From a virus (Duplodnaviria > Heunggongvirae > Uroviricota > Caudoviricetes), in IMG/VR virus record IMGVR_UViG_3300020042_002824: 64,000 nucleotides of DNA; one strand, 5' to 3'. Positions 9,042-18,251 of the stretch are shown here, one piece after another; within the stretch, counting starts at the first letter, position 1; each line of letters opens with the position of its first letter. A program made the translations under genes and the position numbers. The notes below the pieces were generated by a model, which saw only the letters and a list, made by a program, of their open reading frames with translations, ran no database searches and was not told the origin of the DNA.

Positions 9042-9713
9042 TTATTGATAATAATTGTCTATTGCATTAACTACTTCTTGTAAGTTGTTAGGTATCTTGA
9101 TTTCAGCAAACATACCATCTGGACTCTTTGCTGGATACTTCTTGAACCTGTTAGTTACAAAGTTATATGTGGCTGTGCCATCTTTACCTTCTTCCACGTG
9201 TGTGTACAAGCATATTGTTAACAATCCTTCTAATACAATCTGATTGTCAATCAACTTACCTGCTGTCTTAATTTTGTATCCTATAATCTCACCACCATCT
9301 TCAATAGTTTCAGGGTGTGTGAAATAGAACACTTTAAGATCATTTCTTAACTTCCTTGCTGTTCTAAATAGTTCCACCATGTCTTTAGCCATTAGCGTAA
9401 ACTTGGTAAATCCCACTTGGTCAGCTTTTGATACAATATTGAAACCCATAATGTAATTAGAGTCTTCAATAATGACGTTTTTGATGTGAGGTTGTCCTTC
9501 TGATATCTTTACTAATTGTTGTACAATAGTAATAGCATCATCTATTTCCTTGTAATTCTTGTTCTCAGCATTGTATAGCTTTTCTGCTCCTTTAAAAGGA
9601 AGCTCTTTCTTTGCTACGTTAATGATGAATGTTTCTTTGTGATCTAAATGTTTCACTGATGTTGACTTGCCAGTTCCTGTTGAACCAACAATTCCAATTA
9701 ATTTGCTTGCCAT
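9042..9713 (-). CDS. P-loop NTPase, Sak4/AAA_24-like (RecA-fold recombination ATPase candidate)
   Basis: N-terminal Walker A IGIVGSTGTGKST. A ~220-aa single-domain ATPase is typical of phage AAA_24/Sak4 proteins. Confidence 0.55.
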   Translation of the reverse strand: MASKLIGIVGSTGTGKSTSVKHLDHKETFIINVAKKELPFKGAEKLYNAENKNYKEIDDAITIVQQLVKISEGQPHIKNVIIEDSNYIMGFNIVSKADQVGFTKFTLMAKDMVELFRTARKLRNDLKVFYFTHPETIEDGGEIIGYKIKTAGKLIDNQIVLEGLLTICLYTHVEEGKDGTATYNFVTNRFKKYPAKSPDGMFAEIKIPNNLQEVVNAIDNYYQ

Positions 9714-9718
9714 GTTTT

Positions 9719-9934
9719 TTACTGATTTGTTTCCTCCAAAGGTACATCAACTTCTTGAGATTTCAAAATAATTTCTTTAGTTTTTGTTGAATCTATATTA
9801 TTAATTATATCATTATAAATAGCCTCTGCAACTTCTTTATCTCTACTCCATTTTACTGATGAACCATTCACTCTTACACCATACCAAGGGCTGTCGCTAA
9901 ATGGTTCCATTTGTTCAACTAAATCTACTTTCAT
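9719..9934 (-). CDS. hypothetical protein (71 aa)
   Basis: Small ORF with a 4-nt overlap to the upstream helicase gene. Confidence 0.45.
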   Translation of the reverse strand: MKVDLVEQMEPFSDSPWYGVRVNGSSVKWSRDKEVAEAIYNDIINNIDSTKTKEIILKSQEVDVPLEETNQ

Positions 9935-11019
9935 ACATATTTAATTTTGTCTTTATCAAAAAATTCTAGTGCTTTTCTAAGCCACTTTTTTTCTACATCT
10001 TCTGTAGAGCATACAATGTAAACGTGTGATTTCTTATCAGGTGTATTGTATTCCATAGCCATGCATCTATTAATCTTTTGTGCTAGGTTTTCACCATTGC
10101 TATCAAAGTAATTGATAATCACACGATTAAGTGGTTTATACGTTACACCAGTGTTACCTATCTTCACCACAGCTAAATGGTTTCCCTTACCTGTAGCAAA
10201 GTCATCAAAGATTTGTTTATCTCCTGCTTTGCTATGATAGACAGGAATGCCTAGTGAATCTGCTATCTTCGTCAGACCACAGAACACTAGGACACGATCA
10301 TCTTTATGTGCCTTTAGTAGGGCTTGTGTCTTATGCAGCTTAGCAATGCTATTCTGAATGAGTCTCATTCTAGCTAGACGTAAGAACATTGTGCTCTTGC
10401 CAGTCTTTTCCAGTTGATCTATCACCCAACCATATGCATCAAACTGCTGTTTTTCAGTTTTCCATTTACCTTTGTAGTTGTTCTGTACTGTGTTATCAAG
10501 TGCTACCCCTACCACTGTGATTTCATAGTCTGTTACAACTCCTTCTTTAATGGCCTGATCTATGGAATAAGTAGCTAAGACAGGTAGTTTTAGCTCTGTT
10601 CCTAATGTTTGTTCTGTATGTGATGAGAGTGTACCTGTTAATCCAAGCACACTAATGCATTTTAGCTCCTTTACAGCCTCTATTTGTGCTTCAGAGAGTA
10701 AATGTATCTCATCTAGTATAACAATGTCATAAACACCACCTGTGTGCTTTTTAAGCGACATGTGGGTGGTATAAGTCATATTCCTATTCTTATACTTTCT
10801 AGCCAGGAAATGCTCTTCCCATGCATTCTTAATCTTTATGTCAGGATATGCTATGAGAATGTTGATGTCTTTGTCCAGTTTTTCTAATATATTAATGGAC
10901 ACATTTATCTTACCAAACCTAGGACATAGGTTTAATATACCAAATTCACCATGATCTAAAAACACCTGAGCAAACTCTTGTTGTCTCTTATCTCGTAGCG
11001 AGAGTTCCTTTTTTGCCAT
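9931..11019 (-). CDS. superfamily-2 DExH-box helicase
   Basis: Motif II DIVILDEIHLL, motif III-like LGLTGTLS and a degenerate motif I CPRFGKI. Size and order fit a phage SF2 helicase. Confidence 0.6.
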   Translation of the reverse strand: MAKKELSLRDKRQQEFAQVFLDHGEFGILNLCPRFGKINVSINILEKLDKDINILIAYPDIKIKNAWEEHFLARKYKNRNMTYTTHMSLKKHTGGVYDIVILDEIHLLSEAQIEAVKELKCISVLGLTGTLSSHTEQTLGTELKLPVLATYSIDQAIKEGVVTDYEITVVGVALDNTVQNNYKGKWKTEKQQFDAYGWVIDQLEKTGKSTMFLRLARMRLIQNSIAKLHKTQALLKAHKDDRVLVFCGLTKIADSLGIPVYHSKAGDKQIFDDFATGKGNHLAVVKIGNTGVTYKPLNRVIINYFDSNGENLAQKINRCMAMEYNTPDKKSHVYIVCSTEDVEKKWLRKALEFFDKDKIKYV

Positions 11020-11188
11020 AGCTTAATATTGTTGTAATTGACCAAAATAAATATTCTACATTCACAGCCAAATATGGATCATGCTTCTGTATGTTATTCA
11101 TTAGGCTCACAGTGGGAAATAATACTACCTGCCACCAATGACTCTTGCTTGTAGGTAGTGTATTGTACATTTTTACATTTAATTTCAT
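10988..11188 (-). CDS. hypothetical small protein (66 aa; start uncertain)
   Basis: Small ORF between the DnaB-like and SF2 helicase genes, overlapping the latter by 32 nt. May begin at the internal Met (MYNTLPTSK). Confidence 0.3.
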   Translation of the reverse strand: MKLNVKMYNTLPTSKSHWWQVVLFPTVSLMNNIQKHDPYLAVNVEYLFWSITTILSYGKKGTLATR

Positions 11189-11189
11189 A

Positions 11190-12251
11190 TCATTTATTTA
11201 AAAAGAAAGTTTTATTAATAATTTCATTATACACGTTTTCATTCATGTATTTAACCTTTGGTAGCTCTTTGAACATACCAACGTGACCAAGAAAGCCTAG
11301 TCCTATTCTCACATCATCTTCCCCATAACTATTCTTAATTAGTCTCAATGATCTGAAATACTTTGCACCAAACTCATCTCTTAATTTGTTTACATCATAT
11401 CCACTAGGGTCTGGTACCTTATATCTCATAGGGTCAAACAGTGCTAGGACTACATCAGCATCATTTTGTGTCTGTGAGCTCTCAGCAAAGTCTTCTAGCT
11501 GTGGTTCTACGTCACCATTCTTAATTCTAATAGGATTGGATATGTCTCTATTGAACTGACTGACAATCACAGGAGTATATCCATACATGTCACGAGCATA
11601 TCTAAGCTCATCTGACATCTTATCTATGGATTGCTTCTTTGTGGGATAGTCTTTAGTTGGCTTTAATAGGCCTATATGGTCAACAACAACAATAGTGATT
11701 TCATTCTCATTGTTAGGAATGTACTTCTTGTTGTATTGATCTACATCTTCTATTACACCATTAGCTAATGCGTGGTCTCTTAGATGCTTTGCTATACCAA
11801 TTGGGTTCTCTGGTCCATCAATAATGGTGATTACGTCTTTCATGCTGTCCATATAATCCTCATACATAAGGAACAGATCGTGCTCATCATGACTCATCTT
11901 GTCTGTCCAACCTAATAGCTTGGATACAGGTATGATTATGCCATGGTCTAGAAAGATCTTTCTACTAATCCACTTGGCAAACTTATATGTTCTGCTACGC
12001 TCCATGGATCTATAGATAATCTTTAGCTTAACTCCTGGAGTTTTCTGACTGATAAACCAATCAAATGGATTTAAAACGTAAGCATCATCTACAAAGCTAG
12101 TCTTGCCTGAACCAGTGAGACCACCAATCAGAGTGTACATACCTTTTCTGATACCAATGTATTTGTTCAATCTCTCAAAGCCCATAGGTATACCATTGTT
12201 TCTACCATCTAAGCCAGCTTGAACTTCTCGTTTTAAATCTTCAAAACTCAT
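11190..12251 (-). CDS. DnaB-family replicative helicase (RecA-fold C-terminal domain)
   Basis: Walker A LIGGLTGSGKTSF, Walker B ITIVVVDHIGLL and the DnaB H3-type motif IVSQFNRD. Confidence 0.8.
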   Translation of the reverse strand: MSFEDLKREVQAGLDGRNNGIPMGFERLNKYIGIRKGMYTLIGGLTGSGKTSFVDDAYVLNPFDWFISQKTPGVKLKIIYRSMERSRTYKFAKWISRKIFLDHGIIIPVSKLLGWTDKMSHDEHDLFLMYEDYMDSMKDVITIIDGPENPIGIAKHLRDHALANGVIEDVDQYNKKYIPNNENEITIVVVDHIGLLKPTKDYPTKKQSIDKMSDELRYARDMYGYTPVIVSQFNRDISNPIRIKNGDVEPQLEDFAESSQTQNDADVVLALFDPMRYKVPDPSGYDVNKLRDEFGAKYFRSLRLIKNSYGEDDVRIGLGFLGHVGMFKELPKVKYMNENVYNEIINKTFFLNK

Positions 12252-12868
12252 ATATCCATTCCTTTAATTGGTTCAGCAGATTCTTTGATTGTCTTACCAT
12301 CTCTTATCAACTCAATGAAGGGTTCAAATGACCTCTGGTTGAGATAGGTGAGACTGTTCTGCATAAATGTAAGTCTATTAGTCTTTGTCTTGATTGAATT
12401 CTCTTTCTTCTGTAAGATTTCATATTCCAAAGCTGCCATTAGCTCTTTGGCTGTGTAATCACCTTCTCCAAGTGTACTATTGTATTTCACTTTGCATTCT
12501 TCTTTCTTTGCACGCATGCTGCGTGTACCTGTAAATGACTGTCCTTTGTAAGTGAAGGTGTCTGTACCTGGATACACACTCCACCACTTATCAAAGTCAG
12601 TATCTGTTTTCTTCTTCTTAGGCATCTTTGTTTCCTGTTCTTCATTTAGAAAAGCAAGTAGTTCCTTACCAAGAATAGTAACTTTATTAGTTTCTGACAA
12701 CAGACCCTTTCTGCGTACAGTTTGGTGGAGCATCTTTATCTTTGGTGCTTCACACAGACTGTCTACATCTGATCCATCTTCAACTAACATAATGAAAAAT
12801 AACATGTCTAGGCTATACCCAGACTTAATTAGCTCCTCAAAATGGGAGAACGTCATTTTGATGTTCAT
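12248..12868 (-). CDS. hypothetical protein (206 aa); helicase-loader position
   Basis: Immediately upstream of, and overlapping by 4 nt, the DnaB-like helicase gene. No motif recognised. Confidence 0.45.
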   Translation of the reverse strand: MNIKMTFSHFEELIKSGYSLDMLFFIMLVEDGSDVDSLCEAPKIKMLHQTVRRKGLLSETNKVTILGKELLAFLNEEQETKMPKKKKTDTDFDKWWSVYPGTDTFTYKGQSFTGTRSMRAKKEECKVKYNSTLGEGDYTAKELMAALEYEILQKKENSIKTKTNRLTFMQNSLTYLNQRSFEPFIELIRDGKTIKESAEPIKGMDI

Positions 12869-13034
12869 GTTTTCTGTTTAGTATTTTGTCCCTGTCAATA
12901 ACTTCTATCTTAGCAGGTTGTCTGTTAAGAAATTTGTGCATGTCCTGCTCAATTGTAGCTATTTCCTCCTGCAAATATACTAAATCCTTGAGGGATTCTC
13001 TTTCCCAATCATCATTTATTTTTAGGTTTTTCAT
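12837..13034 (-). CDS. hypothetical small protein (65 aa)
   Basis: Small ORF in the operon. Confidence 0.35.
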   Translation of the reverse strand: MKNLKINDDWERESLKDLVYLQEEIATIEQDMHKFLNRQPAKIEVIDRDKILNRKHEHQNDVLPF

Positions 13035-13236
13035 CTTTATATTCTTTATTGTTCCAAAAATAAGAACAACTTAATGTTGCAACACCAAGACCATTATTAT
13101 TTTCATCAAACATAAAGTCTAATTTATATGGAGGGTCACTAAAATAGGATTGTCCTAGTTCTTCTTTTTTACAAGTGTATCTGTGGCAGTTTAATCTTAA
13201 TAGACAACTACCACCATTGCATGCTGATATATCCAT
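13012..13236 (-). CDS. hypothetical small Cys-rich protein (74 aa)
   Basis: CNGGSCLLRLNCHRYTCKKEE near the N-terminus. Confidence 0.35.
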   Translation of the reverse strand: MDISACNGGSCLLRLNCHRYTCKKEELGQSYFSDPPYKLDFMFDENNNGLGVATLSCSYFWNNKEYKDEKPKNK

Positions 13237-13239
13237 AGT

Positions 13240-13926
13240 TTATAATTTAAATATATTACCAAATGATGTTAATCCATAAGCAAACTTTCCATCTTCTACG
13301 CATGATGCATTAGAAAACGTTGTCTTTGGTAGCCTATGGTAAGTGCTAACTCCTTGATTTTCAATATCCTTAAAGTTATGTATGTGTCCAAATAGCACTA
13401 GCTTTGGCTTCACTCTCATCACAGCTGTTGCAAGAGCTTTATCACCACACATTTCAAGTTTGTTTTCTCTATTGTATGTAAGATCACGCACACCTTTAGG
13501 TGGTCCATGTACAACTAATATATCTGTATCATCTGGAATAGTATCCCATACAAAATGTGTTTTGTCTCTAGCCTTCATAAAAGACCATTCACCAAACGTT
13601 GGTGTGATAGGACTTCCCCATATCTTCAGACCTTCTATCTCAATAGATTCATTCTCTAAGTAGATGATATCTTTTAATATCATATCAGAATATTCTATTT
13701 GTTTTCTATCAATAGCTGTATCATGGTTGCCTGCTACAAATAGCTTATACTTGACAGGCACCTTTTCATACCATTCTAAAAACTCTGTTATCTCTCTTTT
13801 AGAAGATTCTAAGAATGGACTATTAGAGCAATCACCACTATGTATCACCATGTCTATTCCTTCAAATCTTTTTTCAGGGAATTGATCATGCATACAATGG
13901 GTATCACTGATGTGTAATATGTTCAT
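13240..13926 (-). CDS. calcineurin-like metallophosphoesterase
   Basis: Motifs ILHISDTHCMH (DxH), VIHSGDCSN (GDxxD), FVAGNHDT (GNHD), LVVHGPPKG (GH) and VLFGHIHN (GHxH). Start trimmed to MNILHISDTH (track start 13974 is an alternative). Confidence 0.75.
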   Translation of the reverse strand: MNILHISDTHCMHDQFPEKRFEGIDMVIHSGDCSNSPFLESSKREITEFLEWYEKVPVKYKLFVAGNHDTAIDRKQIEYSDMILKDIIYLENESIEIEGLKIWGSPITPTFGEWSFMKARDKTHFVWDTIPDDTDILVVHGPPKGVRDLTYNRENKLEMCGDKALATAVMRVKPKLVLFGHIHNFKDIENQGVSTYHRLPKTTFSNASCVEDGKFAYGLTSFGNIFKL

Positions 13927-13936
13927 ATGTATTGTT

Positions 13937-14497
13937 TTATTCTGCTGCATAACCAAAGAAAACCCACTCTCCATCTCTTTCAGTAGTGGATTTCTTGTAT
14001 GTTATCTTAGCTACTGTCTTATTAGCTTTATCAAGAACCTTCTCCATTGTTATATATGTAGATTCTATTGTCTTTTCTGTATGTGCTCTAGCTTTTGTAA
14101 CAGCTTCGCCTTTAGTAAGATATGCACCAATAAAAGTATCATAACCAGAATATACAAAATACTTAAGTATCCACTTCTTGGTACCAGGTGTAACTATGTG
14201 CTCCACTTGAGACTTAGTCTTATTTTTATTAGGAACAGGTTGTCTAACACATATAGCTGAACAATCACGTTTGTTCATAACATGACTATCAAATCTATTG
14301 TATATGTAAGCAGATACATCTTTAAACTTGCTTTTATTATATGCTTCTGTTTCATCTCTAAATCCACTTGTAGTGCTAATGGTACCATTATATCCTTCTT
14401 GATGACCATATTCTTCTTCAGCTATTTCACAAAGTTTTCTATATACTTCTTGTGCTGTTTTACCAGTTCCTCTTTCTTTAAATTGACATGCTCCCAT
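13937..14497 (-). CDS. hypothetical protein (186 aa)
   Basis: ORF in the operon; no motif. Confidence 0.5.
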   Translation of the reverse strand: MGACQFKERGTGKTAQEVYRKLCEIAEEEYGHQEGYNGTISTTSGFRDETEAYNKSKFKDVSAYIYNRFDSHVMNKRDCSAICVRQPVPNKNKTKSQVEHIVTPGTKKWILKYFVYSGYDTFIGAYLTKGEAVTKARAHTEKTIESTYITMEKVLDKANKTVAKITYKKSTTERDGEWVFFGYAAE

Positions 14498-14509
14498 AAT
14501 TTTGTTTTT

Positions 14510-14764
14510 TTAATCTTTAATACGTAGACCAAACTGCAGATCAAACCAATCAAATGTATTCTCAGCTTTTGATTTATTGCATTTAAACACTTTTTTAATT
14601 AGTGGTAATGCATAAGCTTTGAACACTTCATGTTGTTCTGTTGTCATGGTCCATTTACTATACCATTCTTTTGTCATATATGCTTCTTGCATAGACTTAT
14701 CTATCATACCTAATTGATAATCAATTAAATGTTCAGCTATTGTTTCTCTATTTATCTTTGCCAT
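14510..14764 (-). CDS. hypothetical protein (84 aa)
   Basis: ORF in the operon. Confidence 0.45.
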   Translation of the reverse strand: MAKINRETIAEHLIDYQLGMIDKSMQEAYMTKEWYSKWTMTTEQHEVFKAYALPLIKKVFKCNKSKAENTFDWFDLQFGLRIKD

Positions 14765-14952
14765 TAGAATGTATCTATAAGTTTAACTATTTCATCGTAG
14801 TCATACGTATCTCCTTCTTGTTGTGCTTTCATTAATAGCTTTGCAACTATTTTACCACATTTCTTAGCTACATCTATACCTGTATATGGATCTTGTCCTA
14901 TAATTGGTAGGAATTCCAATACTAATTCTGCTGCTTTATGTTTGTTGTCCAT
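14764..14952 (-). CDS. hypothetical protein (62 aa)
   Basis: ORF with a 1-nt overlap to both neighbours, suggesting translational coupling. Confidence 0.4.
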   Translation of the reverse strand: MDNKHKAAELVLEFLPIIGQDPYTGIDVAKKCGKIVAKLLMKAQQEGDTYDYDEIVKLIDTF

Positions 14953-15161
14953 TATAATACTATTTGAGGTGTTATAAAACTAAATGGGATAGGCTCACCA
15001 AGCTCATATATTTTAATTTTGTCAGCTTGATCTATATATGTCTCAGGACTCTCATCAAAATCATTAATAATGTCCTGTTTGTTACCAATTACCCAAGCTT
15101 CAGTATCCTCATACACTACAATGTATTTCTTTTCTTCTATTTTTGTTTTTCTTGTTGCCAT
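14952..15161 (-). CDS. small conserved protein, paralog A (69 aa) flanking the DNA polymerase gene
   Basis: Paralog of 17116..17334. Shared block WV[IV]G[NT]KQDIINDF...Y....D.[IV]KIYELG...PF....P. Confidence 0.5.
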   Translation of the reverse strand: MATRKTKIEEKKYIVVYEDTEAWVIGNKQDIINDFDESPETYIDQADKIKIYELGEPIPFSFITPQIVL

Positions 15162-17113
15162 TAGAATAAATTTAATTGATTGGGGTTAATAATAATCTTT
15201 CTCTTTCTACCTGCAAACTGTATCTTATTGATGATTGTCTCAGCACGTTCAATATAATATGCATGATTGATGTTTTCTAATGAATGATCTGGTAATAGAT
15301 AATTACATACATGCATCACCCATTCACCTGCCTCCACTTGTATTACATCAGCTGCACCACTATCTGAGTCTTTGTTCTTCACCTTCAATAGCTTCTCACC
15401 AGTGTTAGATACATAATATCTAATCAGTTTGTTGTAGATTGTTTTGTTTTCTTTGCTGTGACCCTCGTAGTGAAAGTCTTTGCTTGCCTTTTGCCTGAGA
15501 CAATAGTCATATATGTTTGTATGATTACGAATGGTATCAGCCACAGGGATATCATGAACATAATAAAGCTCGAGAGCAATAGGTACAATCCTAGCTGACT
15601 TATTCTTGTGAAGCTCAAAGTCAGTGAGGAAATCACCTTTCTTTTTAATTTCTCCATCTGTTTTAATTGCTAAATAGTCATTTACTGTTGAGAATATAAT
15701 CTTCTGATAATCAGTGCGTTCTAGCTCATATTGTGTTATTTCCATCCACCACTTATTAAGCTCATGCATCTTATCAACAAGATCTTTTGTCACCATAACA
15801 GTGACACCATCTGTATTTGCAGATATAACATGTATACCAGCTAGTTCATATGCTTCGATGAGCATGAGAAGACTCAATTCACCTGTAATAGTGGTGAACA
15901 TAGTTAATTGTCTGTCATATATCCAAGACTGCATATCACTGCTTTTGCCATATACAGAGTTAACAGCCAGTTTAAGAGCACCAACAATTCCTTTAATCTT
16001 CTTGTCTTTCTTTGCCAAAGGCTTGAGTTCAAGTCTTTTGTCAAACATGGTTTTGTATCCTCTAAGGAACTCAGAACCCAAATGACCAGGATATCTACCA
16101 TTATTAATGATAATGGCAGGATAATAGCTAGAAACATCCCAATCAATAATAAGGGTATCATCATCAGCTTCAAATACTTTAGGCTTGTTCTCAGTATGAA
16201 GACCACCTTTTGCAAATGTGTATGTGTTTCCATAAAATTCTAATGATTCTTTAAATTCATCCTTCATTGTAAGACGCTCTTTGCTAATTCTCTTTAAGAA
16301 AGCTTGTAGCTCTGGTGTCTGGAATATTACATAATCAGCAATACAGTCTCTTAGCTTTACATCTGTTCTGAATAGTCCTTTTTTTGGAAGATCAGAATAT
16401 TGTATGTTCTTCTGCTCACAATAATATTTCTTAATCATCTCATCACCAATCTTGGAATCAGAGTAGTTTAAGCAATGAATACCAAACTCTTCATATATAT
16501 CTTGTCTAAGCTCCACTTGATTGTTACCCTTATACAATGGATGTTCTGTATCACCAGTGGTTATTTTGTAGAACTCATAAGTTGCTTGTACATCATTGTG
16601 ACAATAGTAGATAGTCTCAATGACTTCTTCTTTCGTCATGTTCTCTTTCAAGTGATGTATAGGCATCTCTTCAATGTTCTCAAAGTCCATCTCAAACTCC
16701 AATCTCTTCAGACTCACACGTCTATTCTTGTTATCATAGTGATTAATCTTGAACAGATCCAATTGTTTTAGGCTCAACCATTCTTCTTTGTATTCAGGGA
16801 ATACATCATAGTTTGCATCATGAATAGTATCTGCAGCTTTCTGTGCTATGATGGCACATATTTCTAACCCACTCATCTCATGCCAGTGTTCATAGTTCCT
16901 GAGCACATGCTCAACCACTTGACTATCAAAGCGTAGATTATTATACCCTACCCAATAATGCTCATCATGTTCTTCTGTGAATCTAATGAATGCATCTAAT
17001 TGATTAGTCCATCTACTCACCTGAAATTCATATGTAACATCTGTGTCTGGCTTGTACACAACTACAAGGAATAACTCCTTGAGTGTTTCTATATCGTAGA
17101 TGAGTACATTCAT
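15161..17113 (-). CDS. family B DNA polymerase with N-terminal 3'-5' exonuclease (650 aa)
   Basis: Exo I YDIET, Exo II GYNNLRFDSQVV and Exo III YCHNDVQATYEFY. Pol motif A DWDVSSYYPAII (DxxSLYPS), motif B KLAVNSVYGKS (KxxxNSxYG) and motif C VISANTDGV (DTDS-like). Confidence 0.75.
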   Translation of the reverse strand: MNVLIYDIETLKELFLVVVYKPDTDVTYEFQVSRWTNQLDAFIRFTEEHDEHYWVGYNNLRFDSQVVEHVLRNYEHWHEMSGLEICAIIAQKAADTIHDANYDVFPEYKEEWLSLKQLDLFKINHYDNKNRRVSLKRLEFEMDFENIEEMPIHHLKENMTKEEVIETIYYCHNDVQATYEFYKITTGDTEHPLYKGNNQVELRQDIYEEFGIHCLNYSDSKIGDEMIKKYYCEQKNIQYSDLPKKGLFRTDVKLRDCIADYVIFQTPELQAFLKRISKERLTMKDEFKESLEFYGNTYTFAKGGLHTENKPKVFEADDDTLIIDWDVSSYYPAIIINNGRYPGHLGSEFLRGYKTMFDKRLELKPLAKKDKKIKGIVGALKLAVNSVYGKSSDMQSWIYDRQLTMFTTITGELSLLMLIEAYELAGIHVISANTDGVTVMVTKDLVDKMHELNKWWMEITQYELERTDYQKIIFSTVNDYLAIKTDGEIKKKGDFLTDFELHKNKSARIVPIALELYYVHDIPVADTIRNHTNIYDYCLRQKASKDFHYEGHSKENKTIYNKLIRYYVSNTGEKLLKVKNKDSDSGAADVIQVEAGEWVMHVCNYLLPDHSLENINHAYYIERAETIINKIQFAGRKRKIIINPNQLNLF

Positions 17114-17115
17114 AA

Positions 17116-17334
17116 TTAAAATGTTAGTTTTGGTTCAACAAGTGTAAATGGTACTTCTTGACCAAGTTCATATATTTTAACATCATTGTTCTCATTCATG
17201 TATGCATCAGGATCTACATTAAAATCATTAATTATATCCTGTTTTGTACCTACAACCCATAAATCATCATTGCACAATACAACGTATTGTTTTTCTTTAG
17301 CTACCACCACTGGAGCGAATGTTTTCTTTTTCAT
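17116..17334 (-). CDS. small conserved protein, paralog B (72 aa) flanking the DNA polymerase gene
   Basis: Paralog of 14952..15161 (see above). Confidence 0.5.
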   Translation of the reverse strand: MKKKTFAPVVVAKEKQYVVLCNDDLWVVGTKQDIINDFNVDPDAYMNENNDVKIYELGQEVPFTLVEPKLTF

Positions 17335-17337
17335 AGG

Positions 17338-17556
17338 TTATTTGTTTTGGTTAAATTCTATTGGCTCAGCTTTTTTCAAAAATTCATTTACTAACAAATC
17401 AAGTCCCATTCTTTTTAATGTTTCTTTTATTTGTTGTTCTGTGTATATGTTTTCATTATCAAGTATCTCAATTGGTGTAATGGAGTTATCATAACTTCCA
17501 AAACTCATTGATTGAGTTGCAATTTTATTTACTTGTTCTTCTGTATATAGTTTCAT
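17338..17556 (-). CDS. hypothetical protein (72 aa)
   Basis: ORF in the operon. Confidence 0.4.
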   Translation of the reverse strand: MKLYTEEQVNKIATQSMSFGSYDNSITPIEILDNENIYTEQQIKETLKRMGLDLLVNEFLKKAEPIEFNQNK

Positions 17557-17780
17557 ATATGTATTGTTTTAGCTACAGTTATCCAACAGTCTTCAAATGC
17601 TGCAGGCATGTCAAAAGCTACTATTCTTTTATATTCTTGTTCTTCAATATACAACTCAAACCATATCATGTGGTCTGTGTCTGTTAGTTTACTAATAACA
17701 CGTGTTGGCCACCAAGCAAACCTGGTTTTGAATCTTACATCACCTAGCTTTGGTGAATCATCAATTATTTCCCATCTCAT
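17553..17780 (-). CDS. hypothetical protein (75 aa)
   Basis: ORF with a 4-nt overlap to the upstream gene. Confidence 0.4.
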   Translation of the reverse strand: MRWEIIDDSPKLGDVRFKTRFAWWPTRVISKLTDTDHMIWFELYIEEQEYKRIVAFDMPAAFEDCWITVAKTIHI

Positions 17781-18144
17781 TGTTATTGTATTTAAGTGTG
17801 TATCTTCTAATTAGATTACCATATGATATAGATAGATAGTATGCTCCATCTTTATATACAATGATACCCATTACACCAATAACACTCTTATCATTCACAC
17901 AATGTGATGCGTATAGATCATATGTAGCTGTAGCTGTATCTCCTATATTATCTACAAGTTTGTATGTGCTGTCTCCAACAGTGACACAAGGATAATCAAA
18001 TACAACAGGAATACTAGTCACCAGTGGTTTGTTGTATTTCCATTGCTTATTGATGTATTTACCATGCTGTAATGTAACAGCTGTTGTTTGAGCACCTGCA
18101 TTCATGGTGAATGCTAGTGCTATGAGGATGAATAATTGTTTCAT
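17761..18144 (-). CDS. secreted protein or lipoprotein candidate with N-terminal signal peptide
   Basis: Start trimmed to MKQLFILIALAFTMNAGAQ (n-region, hydrophobic core, AxA-like cleavage site). Preceded by 24-nt direct repeats. Confidence 0.55.
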   Translation of the reverse strand: MKQLFILIALAFTMNAGAQTTAVTLQHGKYINKQWKYNKPLVTSIPVVFDYPCVTVGDSTYKLVDNIGDTATATYDLYASHCVNDKSVIGVMGIIVYKDGAYYLSISYGNLIRRYTLKYNNNEMGNN

Positions 18145-18166
18145 ATGACATGATTTTATGCAGTAT

Positions 18167-18251
18167 ATTGCACTTTTAGATATATATTTCCAATTTTGCA
18201 TAACTGGAATAGCAAATTGTGCACTTTATTGCACAATTAGAAATATATTTC
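18167..18251. repeat. two 24-nt direct repeats (ATTGCAC-nnT-TAGAnATATATTTC; 21 of 24 identical) at 18167-18190 and 18228-18251
   Basis: Read directly. Occupy the intergenic region upstream (minus strand) of the signal-peptide gene. A third TGCAC lies between them. Confidence 0.5.

Noticed and set aside
9055-9243. 62-aa plus-strand ORF and other plus-strand ORFs antisense to the replication genes (8439..8855, 8865..9083, 12552..12881, 13382..13885, 15714..16243, 17186..17814, 19311..19818)
   Set aside because: All are antisense to longer, motif-bearing minus-strand genes in a unidirectional operon. Hydrophobic, low-complexity translations.
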